Origin: Octopus sinensis | Taxonomy: Eukaryota | NCBI RefSeq assembly: GCF_006345805.1 | Contig: NW_021836202.1 | Coordinates: forward strand, 1 to 25,347 | Length of the DNA stretch: 25,347 nucleotides | Direction: 5' to 3' | Part shown: positions 10,503 through 21,330 of the stretch, piece by piece | Position numbering within the stretch: position 1 is the stretch's first letter | Layout of the letters: each line of letters opens with the position of its first letter | Made by a program: the position numbers and the translations under genes | The notes under the pieces: model-generated | Told to the model about the DNA's origin: nothing | What the model saw: the letters and a program-made list of their open reading frames with translations, nothing else | Databases searched by the model: none

Positions 10503-10927
10503 GTATATATATATGCACATACACACATGCTCGTACACATACACATGTGCATTTGTATTCATACATATACCTATATGTGTATAACTATCAAAGTTAACAT
10601 GTTCGCACATATATGTGTGTGTGTGCTGGTGCGTAAATGTATGCAGGTGTGTGTGTGTGTGTGCATACGTTCGTTTGTGTTATCACATATGTATGTGTCA
10701 TCTCTACGACAGTTCTTAGAAATCCTTGAGATTTCCAGTGGAATTTCTTTGTATTACAAGACACCAACGGCACAAAAATAAGGCCACGTGAAAATTCATA
10801 TACATGCATGTGTACATGTGTGTCTTTATGTATGTATATATATACACACACATAGAGAAATATATAGATAGAGAGAGAGAGAGAGAGAGATAAATTGATC
10901 GATCGATAGATAGATAGATAGATAGAT

Positions 10928-10958
<31 letters not shown>

Positions 10959-11365
10959 TATGCATACATGCATACATATATATGCATTCACATATATATG
11001 CATTTGCACACACACTCACACACACACAGACACACACACACTATATATACAGGTATATAGCTAGATATGCCTAAAATATATACAAATGTATATATGGATA
11101 TAAATGTATGTTTATATATATATATATATATCTATATATATATATATTATAATATATATATATATACATGCATATATGTATATATATATGTGCAACTATG
11201 AATGTGTGTGTGTGTGATGTTTGGACCATATGAATGCATTACTATATAAAATATACTTTTAAATACAGGTAGAGAGATAAACAGAAAGTCATACATACAT
11301 ACATACATACATACATACATACATACATACATACATACATACATACATACATACATACATACGAA
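9517..11365. repeat. Compound (CA)/(TA)/(TATG)/(GA)/(GATA) microsatellite field
   Basis: Directly visible, with short unique spacers. Confidence 0.95.
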
Positions 11366-11743
11366 CGTACGTACATGCTCTCACAGATATACTGGATTGC
11401 TTAGACTTCTTGTGGGGGCGGCAGCTACGTTATGTTCCTATTGTTTTCTGCCTTTTTTTATTGTTTTAATTTCTTTATTTTTCTTAAATAATGCAAAAAA
11501 ATACTAAGTTGCTTCACCATTTCCCTTCATTGAAATGCTTGTTTAAGGAGTAACAACAACAACAATACTAACAAGAGGAACTGCAGTTACTCTGAAGACA
11601 ACAACAAGAGCAGCGTCTGCAGCAGCAGCAGCAGTGATAACAACAACAACAACCACTGTAATAACAACAGATTAGTTTATACTGATCATGAATCAGTGAA
11701 AAAAACAATACATGCGCGTGCGCATCACGTCCCTATTAAGAAT

Positions 11744-11775
<32 letters not shown>

Positions 11776-11816
11776 TAACAGCGTCACTTTTTGTGCACTC
11801 TATATTTTAATCAACA

Positions 11817-12069
11817 GGTAAGCTGCTTGCTTCCCAACCACACGGCTCCAGGTTCAGTCCCACTGCGTGGCACCTTGGGCAAGTGTCTTCTGCTATAGCC
11901 GCGATGGCCTTGCGAGTGGATTTGGTAGACGGAAACTGAAAAGAAGCCCGTCGTATATGTGTTTGTGTGTATGTGTTAATAGATAGATAAATAGACAGAC
12001 AGACTGACAGACAGACAGGCAGACAGACAGACTGACAGAGACAGACAGACAGACAGATGGATAGATAGG

Positions 12070-12103
<34 letters not shown>

Positions 12104-12380
12104 TAGATAGATAGATAGATAGATAGATAGACAGACAGATGTACGGGTGTGTAGATGTGTGTGTGTGTCTGTGTTTTTCGCCCCCCATTAACGCTCAACA
12201 ACCGGTGTTGATGTGTTTACGTCCCCTTAACTGTTTCTGTAAAAGAGACCGAGAAAATAAGTACCAGGCTTTAAAAAAAATGAATAAATAAAAGTAGTTG
12301 AGTCGATTCATTCGATTAAAATTCTTCGAGGCGTTGCACCAGCATGGCCACAATCTAATGACTGAAACAAGTAAAAGTAA
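11817..12380 (+). mobile_element. CORE-like SINE family 2, copy 2, with expanded internal (GATA)/(GACA) array
   Basis: GGTTCAGTCCCACTGCGTGGCACCTTGGGCAAGTGTCTTC and the same tail (CCAGCATGGCCACA..GACTGAAACAAGTAAAAG) as 2714-3108. Confidence 0.88.
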
Positions 12381-12429
12381 AGAAAAAAAGATAAATCGCA
12401 TCATCATCAAGAACGGCAAAGGTGATGCC

Positions 12430-12634
12430 TCTACACAACAACAACAACAACAATAACAGCAGGAGCAACAACAACAACAGCAACAACAACCGTAAGATGG
12501 CTAATAAATGGAGTTTCTCTGAAACGCCGCAAGGTTTGTTGCTGGTCTAATTGTTCTTTACGGACACCTAAGTTGTTGTTGTTGTTGTTGTTACAGAGAG
12601 GGAGAGTCAGTAATACTTGTTATACTACTATTTA

Positions 12635-12677
<43 letters not shown>

Positions 12678-13140
12678 GGTGGTGGTGGTGGTGGTGGTGG
12701 TGGTGGTGGTGGTGGTAGTAGTAGTAGTATAGTAGTAGTAGTAGTAGTAGTAATTTATTTATTTATTTTATTATCTGAATCGTTGGCTGGTTTGAGGCAA
12801 ATTTCGAATTTAACGGGTTTTTCTTTTTTTTTATCTTGTAAAAAAAAAGAAAAAACGTTTTTTGTGCTCGTCGTTTTTCTTCTTTTTTTTTATAATTCGC
12901 ACCCATTATGGCAAATAAAGAAAATTATCATCATCATCATCACCAGCATCAACACCATCAGCCTCATCATCATCATCCTCATCATCATCGTCAGCACCAC
13001 CGCCTTCATCATCATCTTGCACATCATCATCATCGATATCATCATCACAGTCCTTTGTCTTAGAATCGCCGCAAATGTTTTTCACAGCCCTTGTGACAAA
13101 TAATGACAGTAGTAGTAGTAGTAGTTGGAGGAGGAGCAGC
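12430..13140. repeat. Trinucleotide repeat field: (CAA), (GTT), (TAG)-(TGG)-(TAG), (CAT), (GGA)
   Basis: Directly visible. Confidence 0.93.
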
Positions 13141-13156
13141 AGCTGGAGGAGGAGGA

Positions 13157-13247
13157 GGGTGACGAGTTGGCAGAATCGTTCGAACATAATACTTCGCAGC
13201 GTTTCGTCCGTCTTTGCTTTTTGAGTTCGAATTCCGCCGCTTTGAAG
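13157..13247 (+). mobile_element. SINE family 1 head fragment
   Basis: GGTGACGAGTTGGCAGAATCGTT..GTTTCGTCC..GAGTTCGAATTCCGCCG, ending just after the B-box. Confidence 0.7.
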
Positions 13248-13360
13248 CCATTATTGCTGTTGTCATTGTTGTTCAGGTTGTTGCTTTTGTTGTTGCTGTT
13301 GTTATTAAGGTTTTGTTGTTGTTGTTGTTGTTGTTGTTGTTCAAGAAGGTGGAGGAGGAA

Positions 13361-13596
13361 TATTTATTTCTTTATTGTCCACATGGGGCCAAACAGAGAG
13401 GGGACAAACAAGGAGAGACAAAGGGATTAAGTCGATTATATCGACCCCAGTGCGTAACTGATACTTAATTTATCGACTCCGAAAGGAGAAAAGACAAAGT
13501 CGACTTCGGTGGAGTGTGAACTGAGAACATAACTGCAGACGAAATACTGCTAAGTATTTCGCCCGGCGTGCTAACCATTCTGCCAGTTCGCCGCCC
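13361..13596 (-). mobile_element. SINE family 1, full length, tail a
   Basis: Reverse complement is colinear with 2023-2250 from GGCGGCGAACTGGCAGAA to GTGGACAATAAAGAAATA. Confidence 0.92.
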
Positions 13597-13827
13597 TATA
13601 ACAAAGAAATATTAACAACAAAGAAATCACGGATTAGATTTTGACTTCACAAGAAGAAAGAAACCAGCAACACCAAACGATATAACAGGAGGCGAACAAC
13701 AACAACAACAAGAAACAAGAAGCAACCCAGAATACGGAGGACACGAAGACCAATAAAAAGAAGAAAAGCTATAAAAATAAACAAACAATGCATGGCGAAA
13801 CAACGAGAATAACAAGAATACTGACAC

Positions 13828-14149
13828 GCCATCCGTGACAACGATGACGACGTATGTCCCAGTCGATTCGATCGACGGAACAGCCTGTTTGTGAAATTAG
13901 CGTGCAAGTGGCTGAGCACTCCACGGACACGTGTACCTTTAATGTAGTTCTCAGGGAGATTCAATGTGACACAGAGTGTTACAAGGCCGGCCCTTTTGAA
14001 ATGCGGGAACAACTCATTTTTGCCAGCTGAGTGGACTGGAGCAACGTGAAATAAAGAGTCTTTACAAGGACAATACGCTATCGGGAATCGAACTCGCGAT
14101 CTGACTATTGTAAGAAAAATACCCTAACCACTAAACTATGTGCCTTCAC
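13828..14149 (-). mobile_element. SINE family 3, copy 3
   Basis: Colinear with 7095-7402 including A- and B-boxes. Confidence 0.9.
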
Positions 14150-14434
14150 TAATATAAGAATAGTAACGGAATGGTACCGGAACGTGAGACACCATTTCAA
14201 AAAAACCATCAGGATTTTAATGGCGGCTTTTCGACCGGTGAATTCTATGTAATTTGTAAGTTTCTGATAGCATCTGGCCTCGTTCTGGCCATGAGAGTCA
14301 TTTTGCTAATGTCCAATCAATTATTTAGAGAGTGTGATCAATACTGTCGTTTTTGATTATGTCAGTTTCGTTGGGCGATTAGGTGCCGTGTGTAGTAAGG
14401 TTCACAGAACCTTTTGCGATGTTGCGACATTCTT

Positions 14435-14513
14435 GATCTGAAGAGAGACACTCGTTAGCCGAGTTAGCAGCGTGGAGTAGAAACGGACAGTTCTGGCATC
14501 GAAACGTCAGATC
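14435..14513 (+). ncRNA. Minimal type-I hammerhead-like motif of the Penelope-associated kind
   Basis: CTGAAGA (14438-14444) ... GAAACGTC (14501-14508), with GATCT/AGATC complementarity at the ends and an internal ACTCG/CGAGT hairpin; followed about 35 bp later by a (TA)n field. Confidence 0.5.
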
Positions 14514-14546
14514 GCCTTTAACGATATTGAATCAGACTGATGGACA

Positions 14547-14607
14547 CGCGCGCGTGCACATATATACATATAGATATATATATACATATATACATATATA
14601 CATATAT

Positions 14608-14640
<33 letters not shown>

Positions 14641-14679
14641 TATAATATACACATATATATACATATATATATGTATATA

Positions 14680-14724
<45 letters not shown>

Positions 14725-14947
14725 ATATATATATTATATATTCTTCCGGAGCGTCCAATAATAATATATTTGTTCCACGTCCTCGCGTGTTGTGTTTTCT
14801 CTTTGTGTTTTCATGTTTGGATTAACTTTATATATTATATATATATAAATATATATAGTTACTATATATATATGTATATATGTATGCATATATATATGTA
14901 CATAAATATACATATATATAGACATATATATGTGTGTATATATATAT

Positions 14948-14988
<41 letters not shown>

Positions 14989-15140
14989 TAGGTGTGTGTA
15001 TACATATATGTATAGTACATCTCTACTTATCCACCTAACAATCAGTTTACCTATCTCGTGTGTGCGCGCGCGCACATACATGCATATATATTTATGTGAA
15101 TATCAATACACACACACACACACCCATATATATATATGTA

Positions 15141-15197
<57 letters not shown>

Positions 15198-15200
15198 AGA
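14547..15200. repeat. Compound (TA)n-rich microsatellite field
   Basis: Directly visible. Confidence 0.95.
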
Positions 15201-15467
15201 GAGACAGAGTGGGCAGACGGACAGGCAGATTATTTAAAACCAAGATTAACTTAAATGCTTAAATGCTTCAACAATCTTATGATGGGTTAACTGACCAAAA
15301 CTTCGAGGTCACTATCAATACTATCCTTGTTAAAAAATATTAAATTTGTGCTTTACTAAAATATAGTGTGATCTTTTTCTTATTAATGAAAAATTGATAT
15401 CATTGTAACTGAACATAAAAATACACATATACATATTAATTTATATATATATATATATATATATATA

Positions 15468-15566
15468 GTGCCTGTGGGTTGCTCAGCCACTTGCACATTA
15501 GTTTCACGAGCATGCTATTCTGTTGATTGTATCGGCTGGGACCCTCGTCGTCGTAACCAACGAGAG
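15468..15566 (+). mobile_element. SINE family 3 tail fragment
   Basis: GTGCCTGTGGGTTGCTCAGCCACTTGCACATTAGTTTCACGAGC is the reverse complement of the tail region of 13828-14149. Confidence 0.8.
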
Positions 15567-15835
15567 TTATATTGAGACCGCGTAGACAACTGTAATGAAT
15601 GGAATGGAGAAAGTTCAAATCAGGTGAACCATAATGAACAGGTACGTAAAGGGATTTAATTAAGATAAAAATTGTCCAAACATCGTATGTTGGTATATTA
15701 AAGATACATATTAAAATATAAAATATATATGGATATTAAAAATACATATTGACATATAAATATATGAATATACAAAAATAGTATTAATATAATGAAGTGT
15801 AGGCTTGTAGATAAAAACGTTTTTAAAAAATAAAT

Positions 15836-15936
<101 letters not shown>

Positions 15937-16014
15937 GGAGTGAAGATAAAATAATAGGTATCAAAAAGAATATTTTAGGTTACATATTAAGAGAAAAAGT
16001 TCCTACGGCCGTTT

Positions 16015-16148
16015 CAAGGGTTCAATCCTCCGAGTAAAAAATGAATTTTAAAATTTATTTACAGAGAACGTCTCTTTCATCTGGGAAAAGGTGATGTTTA
16101 CAGTAGAAACTCATTTAGTTCATTTTTACTCGGAGTATTGAACCCCTG
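16015..16148. mobile_element. Small MITE-like element with about 30-bp terminal inverted repeats (hAT-like ends)
   Basis: CAAGGGTTCAATCCTCCGAGTAAAAAATGAA (16015-16045) versus TTCATTTTTACTCGGAGTATTGAACCCCTG (16119-16148); CAGGGG termini are typical of hAT; no clean 8-bp target-site duplication. Confidence 0.65.
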
Positions 16149-16790
16149 GGCACTCTATTCCAATTTCCTTTATTTTCCTCTTGATGTTTTCTGATACTGT
16201 TCCCAAGGACCCAACAATAATTGACACTATCTTCACCTTCTTCATTTCGTACTTAAGAGGGTTGTTGTTTTGTTGGAGTTCCTGGAGTCTTGCATGCGCA
16301 GCGAGCTTACTACATACAGTCTATGGTACCATGCTATTCGCTTTTTTCAGCTATCTAATACATTCTTGATTATTCTGGCCGTGCCAAGAAGGCAAACCTT
16401 TCGTAACAGTTCTACTGGGCACTCTATTCCAGTTTCCTTTCTATTCCTCTTGATGCCTTCTGATACTGTTCCCAAGGACCCAGCAATAATTGCCACTATC
16501 TTCACCTTCAATTTCTATAGCCGGTCTATTTCGTACTTAATCTATCTTTTCGTATCTATTTCGTACTTAATCTATCGTATTTATCTATCTTTTCAAATTC
16601 CTTCTTGACTATTCGTGGGTCAAAGAGGCAAACAACATAAACATATAGCGTATGTGGTGCACCTTGTCCACCACCACAAGTCCGGTCTGTTATGCTCTAG
16701 CATCTGATCTGTTTGGATTAGGAAATCCCAGAGGATTTTGCTAGTCTCTGACTCCGCAGCTCTCTGCGGTTTGTGTTCATACCACGTCAC
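16146..16790 (-). mobile_element. R4/Dong LINE lineage B copy 2 (16261-16790) plus a fused internal fragment of the same lineage (16146-16260)
   Basis: WYEHKPQRAAESETSKILWDFLIQTDQMLEHNRPDL..RKVCLLGTARIIKNVLDS*; homologous to 3184-3637; internal 22-bp duplication at 16525-16546 and 16555-16576. Confidence 0.9.
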
Positions 16791-16803
16791 CACGTCATCA
16801 TCA

Positions 16804-16861
<58 letters not shown>

Positions 16862-16910
16862 CATCATCATCATCATCATCATTATATTATTATTATTATT
16901 ATTATTATTA

Positions 16911-18874
16911 CTTTTTTCTTTCTTCTTTCAAATTTTATTCCATTTCTTGCCGAGTGTCTTCCCGACTCCTAGGGCAAAGAAACTCATAGTGTATATTGGT
17001 AGGCCATTAAACCAAACTCAGTAGTTCGTTCATTTTTTTTTTTTTTTTTAAGTTAAATTAAAATACATGAGCAGCAACAGTTCTCACATCGACAATGCTC
17101 TTCTCAATACGTGTGATGTACCAGTTAAGACAATCTTTTGCACTTCTTGCAGGGATGGTAAGCCAGGGATCATTCTCATATAATTTTCGGTTCCCTTCTT
17201 GATCATTCCTAGTGCTCCTACGATCACTGGTATTGTAACCGCCTTGAGATGCCACATTTTCTCAATTTCAATGAGTAGGTCTTTATATTTTCTGAGCTTG
17301 TCAAACTCTTTCGCTGAGATATTATGATCACAGGGGATACTCATGTCGATCAATAAGCAAACTTTATTGTTTTGGTCTTTCACAACAATATCTGGTTTAT
17401 TGGCCTTGATGGTTCGGTCTGTATGTACTGGAAAGTCCCACAGAATGGTTACATTTTCTCCTTCAGTTACAGCCTCAGGGTGGTGATTATACCACTTGTC
17501 GGCAGTTTTGATATTGTAATGTGACTTATTAGCCAGTGGAGATATTGGCCAACTCTGTCATGTCTTAATTTATACTCCACTGGTGCTAAGACTTTACATC
17601 CAGAGATTAGGTGGTCCACTGTTTCAATCATGTCGTTGCAGAATCGGCATTTTGGGTCTGCTCCATTTTTCATCACATTGGCCTGGTAGTTCCGGGTTAA
17701 TAGGCTTTGATCTTGAGCAGCCAGGATGAAACCTTCGCTCTCTGCTTTTAGCCCTGAGCTCCGTAGCCACTGATGGGTTTGCTTCTGGTCAACATCAGCT
17801 TGTTTGCTGCGGGTCACATATTTGCCGTGCAGAGGTTTCTCCTCCCACCTATCAGCCAATTGCTCGTGCGCTTTTTTCATTGCCATCATTTTCACCTTCT
17901 TTGCAACAATAGTTGCCGTACTTCCCTCGGGTTGTTCAGTTGGGTATCCTGCACGAGATCAATAGCAAATCTTTTGCTTTCCTTGATGATAGAATGAAGC
18001 TTCTTTCGTCTCTCGTGATTTTCCACGAGCTTTAGCATCCAGTCATTCGATATTTCGAGATATTTGGCCAGTCCAATTGTGGTTGTTTTGTAAGCTAGTT
18101 CAAATTGGATCAGGCCTCGATCTCCTGGGCTCTGGGAAGGTAAGGCGATCTACGTCTGCCTTTGGGTGGTGCATCCTATTACAACTCAGCAGCTTGCGTA
18201 TTTTTCTATCTATATTCTTTACTTCACTCATATTCCAGTTCAACACATTGTAGCTATAAGTAACAACTGGAACTGCTAAGAATTTATAGCTAACACCTTG
18301 TTACGTGCATTTAGTTCAGATTTCAGGACTGCACGAACTCTCCTATAACATTCCTTCCTGATTTTCTCTTTCATGCTTGCATGCTGAATACCAGAGCCTT
18401 CATTTATCCCTAATATTTGTATGTTTGTTCTTGCTCAAGCTCTCTTATGACTGTGTCAACATCTAACACGACTGAATTTGTGGTCTTCACTTTCCCTTTC
18501 TGGAAAGTGGCCTTGGCACACTTCTCAAGTCCAAACTCCATCCCGATGTCATCGCTGAATGCTTTCACGGTGCGCAATAGGCCTTCAAGTTCATATTGTC
18601 TTTACCATAAAGTTTTAAGTCATCCATATAAAATAGATGGCTTTTTTTTTATTGGCAATTTTATACCCATACCCTGTTCTGTTTAATTCACTTGTAGGGG
18701 TATTAGGGCTATGCAGAATATTAAAGGTGAAAGTGAGTCACCTTGAAAAATTCCACAGTTGATGTTTATATTTTCTGAGGCAAGTACTCCATTAGAGTGG
18801 TATAATTGGAGATTCGTATTCTACAACGACATATTGTGCTTCAGGAAGTTTGAAATCACAGGGGAAATTTTGAA

Positions 18875-18875
<1 letters not shown>
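16911..18875 (-). mobile_element. R4/Dong LINE lineage C, 5'-truncated inside RT (RT 3' half, CCHC knuckle, RLE, 3' UTR)
   Basis: GIFQGDSLSP (about 18725-18754), FYMDDLKLY (YMDD 18619-18630), HPKADVDRL, PLHGKY, CRFC..ETVDHLISGC, RHD, KPDIVV, LIDMSIP, EFDKLRKYKDL, VQKIVLTGTSHVLRRALSM*; (TAA)n on both sides. Confidence 0.96.
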
Positions 18876-18931
<56 letters not shown>

Positions 18932-18932
18932 C

Positions 18933-19347
18933 AGGTGAGCTAGCAGAATTGTTATCACGCTAAGCCAAATGCGTTTATTGTTCTTCTGTGTTCAAATTCC
19001 GCCGAGGTCGACTTGGCCTTTCACCCTTTCGGGGTCGATAAAATAAATACCAGCTGAACACTGGGGTCGATGTAATCGACTGATCCACTTCCCCCACGAT
19101 TGCTGGCTTCCAGCCAAAACTTGAAACCATTAATTATTAAAGCGGCGAGCCGGCAGAATCGTTAGCACACCGGGCGATATGCATAGCGGCATTCGTCTGT
19201 CCTTACGTTTTTAGTTCAAATTCCACCGATGTCGACTTTGCCTTTCATCCTTTAGGAGTCGATAAAATAAGTACCAGTTCACCACTGAGGTCGTTGAACA
19301 CTGAGGCTCCTCCCCATGAATTTTCAGGCCTTGAGCCTATAGAAGAA
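18933..19347 (+). mobile_element. Two adjacent SINE family 1 copies (18933-19130 tail c; 19141-19347 tail b)
   Basis: Each has a head, a GTTCAAATTCC B-box and the central domain; each ends in an ATT-type tract. Confidence 0.9.
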
Positions 19348-19430
<83 letters not shown>

Positions 19431-19446
19431 TATTATTATTATTATT

Positions 19447-19914
19447 GAGTGAGAGAGCAGTTCATGCCATCAAAGTGACACTGGGGTAAACTATACGAAG
19501 CCAATATACCCATCATGACTACCCGTCTGATAAGGGTACACCAGACATGCATCACACCATATGTGAGCGACATGGTGATCTCATATCAAGATAAAAAGCA
19601 CATGACCTTGCAGGTGGGGCCCAGTTAGAATTTTCTTCAGGTTGAGTAGCCCATCCCGCTCAAAAGGTCCCTGAATAAGGGTTTAAGGATGTTGAAAGAA
19701 CCACCCATGTTTCCAGAGGTGAATTATTCAAACCCCAAAGAATCCCTCTCAACACATGGCTATGATGCTCCCCCACTACTTCTGCTCGTGATCAGAGATG
19801 CACATATCGTCAGCCACTAAGGGACATGCTCAACTGGTTACGGTCAAACAACTGACAAGCAAATCTCTGGTATTGAGCAGAATATTTGCTGTAGCCCAAA
19901 AGATGTAGCCCATC

Positions 19915-19916
<2 letters not shown>
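19447..19916 (-). mobile_element. TAA-embedded non-coding element H, copy 1
   Basis: Reverse complement of 22870-23206 over the shared region with an identical 3' end (..CACTGCTCTCTCA(C/T)TC(AAT)n); TAA arrays on both sides; no ORF or Pol III boxes recognised. Confidence 0.85.
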
Positions 19917-19974
<58 letters not shown>

Positions 19975-20715
19975 CTGCTTAGCAAAAAAAAAGAATAATA
20001 ATAATAAAAAGGTGATTTTATTAATTGCTGTGTAAAGCATTAAAGTGACTAATGTATTGACCATATAAGGGCATGTCTTTATAGCTGTTCAATATAGCCA
20101 TAAAACTGAACCTTTATTTTCTCTCTCTTCTTTTCCTCTCTTTCTCGACCATTTATTCATAGAGTTCTCGCTTTAAAATTTTAAATGTTAGAAATCTAAC
20201 ACAATTAAAATTCCTACGAGAGTTTAATTACCGCGTTAATTATTGATTTATTACCTTTTTCTTATCACAGTACTCATAGCAACATCGAGCAGACTTTTCA
20301 TTCATCGGTGGTGGTCGTGGTGGAGCCGGCGGTGGTGTATCTGAAGTATAATGTGCAACAATGATAATCACTGTCATTTTATTTTAAATTGTTCAGCCTC
20401 ACTTTTGAAGTTTCCTTCACACCTTTTTTCATTCATTGATCCTACGTTAGATGAATGGCGCCGGCCACCGCTGCTCAGTTAGACTCTGAACTATCTCCTG
20501 GTTTCATTGCTTTTAGGTTTTCTGTTGTTGTTGTTGCTGTTGCTGTTGATTTTAATAAAATTATTTTTTTTTATGTTGATCTGTTCTGTGACTTTGCAAT
20601 ACAACGATGCAACAAATACAAAGATAGACACTATTACGGCTGGCGCTAAACAATATGGGAAAATAAAAACAAAGCGAAACAATAAAAGTGACAACAGCGA
20701 CAACAGCAACAATAA

Positions 20716-20916
20716 TCCTTTGTGTTATAGGCATGAAATTTGGTGGAGTGGAGGCTTGTCTATGACATCGACCCCATTACTTGACTGTTACTTATTTTTA
20801 TCGACCCCGAAAGGATGAAAAGCAAGCAAAGATAACATCGGCGGAATTTGAACTCAGAATGTAAAGGCGGACGAAACGCCGCTAAGCATTTTGCCCGATT
20901 CTACCAGCTCACCACC
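20716..20916 (-). mobile_element. SINE family 1, tail b
   Basis: Reverse complement GGTGGTGAGCTGGTAGAATCG..GAGTTCAAATTCCGCCGA..CATCCTTTCGGGGTCGATAAAAATAAG..AAATTTCA. Confidence 0.85.
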
Positions 20917-20917
20917 T

Positions 20918-21006
20918 CGGCAAAACACGAGCAAAACAAAAAATTGTTATCAGTATTTAAGGAAGCTGACAAATACAAACAGGAAATCATACCACCTAAC
21001 AAATAT
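20918..21006 (+). mobile_element. Short R4/Dong ORF fragment (lineage F) running into a GAA/GGA array
   Basis: KHEQNKKLLSVFKEADKYKQE parallels KHENKKASYSVTK*AKEY (A2) and NHERRKKLHSIIKESKRF (C). Confidence 0.55.
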
Positions 21007-21330
21007 GAAGAAGAAGAAGAAGAAGAAGAAGAAGAAGAAGAGAAGGAGGAGGAGGAGGAGGAGGAGGAGGATGAGGAGGAGAAGAAGAAGAAGAAGAAGA
21101 AGAATAGAGGAGGAGGAGGAGGAGGAGGAGGAGGAGGAGGAGTAGGAGAAGAAAGAAGAAGAGAAGAAGAAGAAGAAGGAGGAGGAGGAGGAGGAGGAGG
21201 AGGAGGAGGGAAGGAGAAGAAGAAGAAGAAGAAGGAGGAGGAGGAGGAAGGAAAAGAGAGATCAGAAGGAAGAAGAAAGAAGAAGAAGAAGAAGAAGAAG
21301 AGAAGAAAAAAGAGAAAGAAGAAGAAGAAG
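21007..21330. repeat. Polypurine (GAA)n/(GGA)n array
   Basis: Directly visible; about 320 bp almost purely A/G. Confidence 0.98.

Noticed and set aside
15586-15641. Possible 56-nt exon ending CAG|GTACGT
   Set aside because: No polypyrimidine tract at the acceptor and no recognisable peptide.
17033-17049. Poly(A) tail marking the end of Dong copy C
   Set aside because: About 120 bp further on there is the pentaloop hairpin and a TAA tail, so the A-run is probably internal to the 3' UTR.
19790-19815. CTGACGA on the minus strand of element H (also CTGA.GA near 11592, 21445 and 23769)
   Set aside because: No stem II followed by GAAA, so these are not hammerheads.
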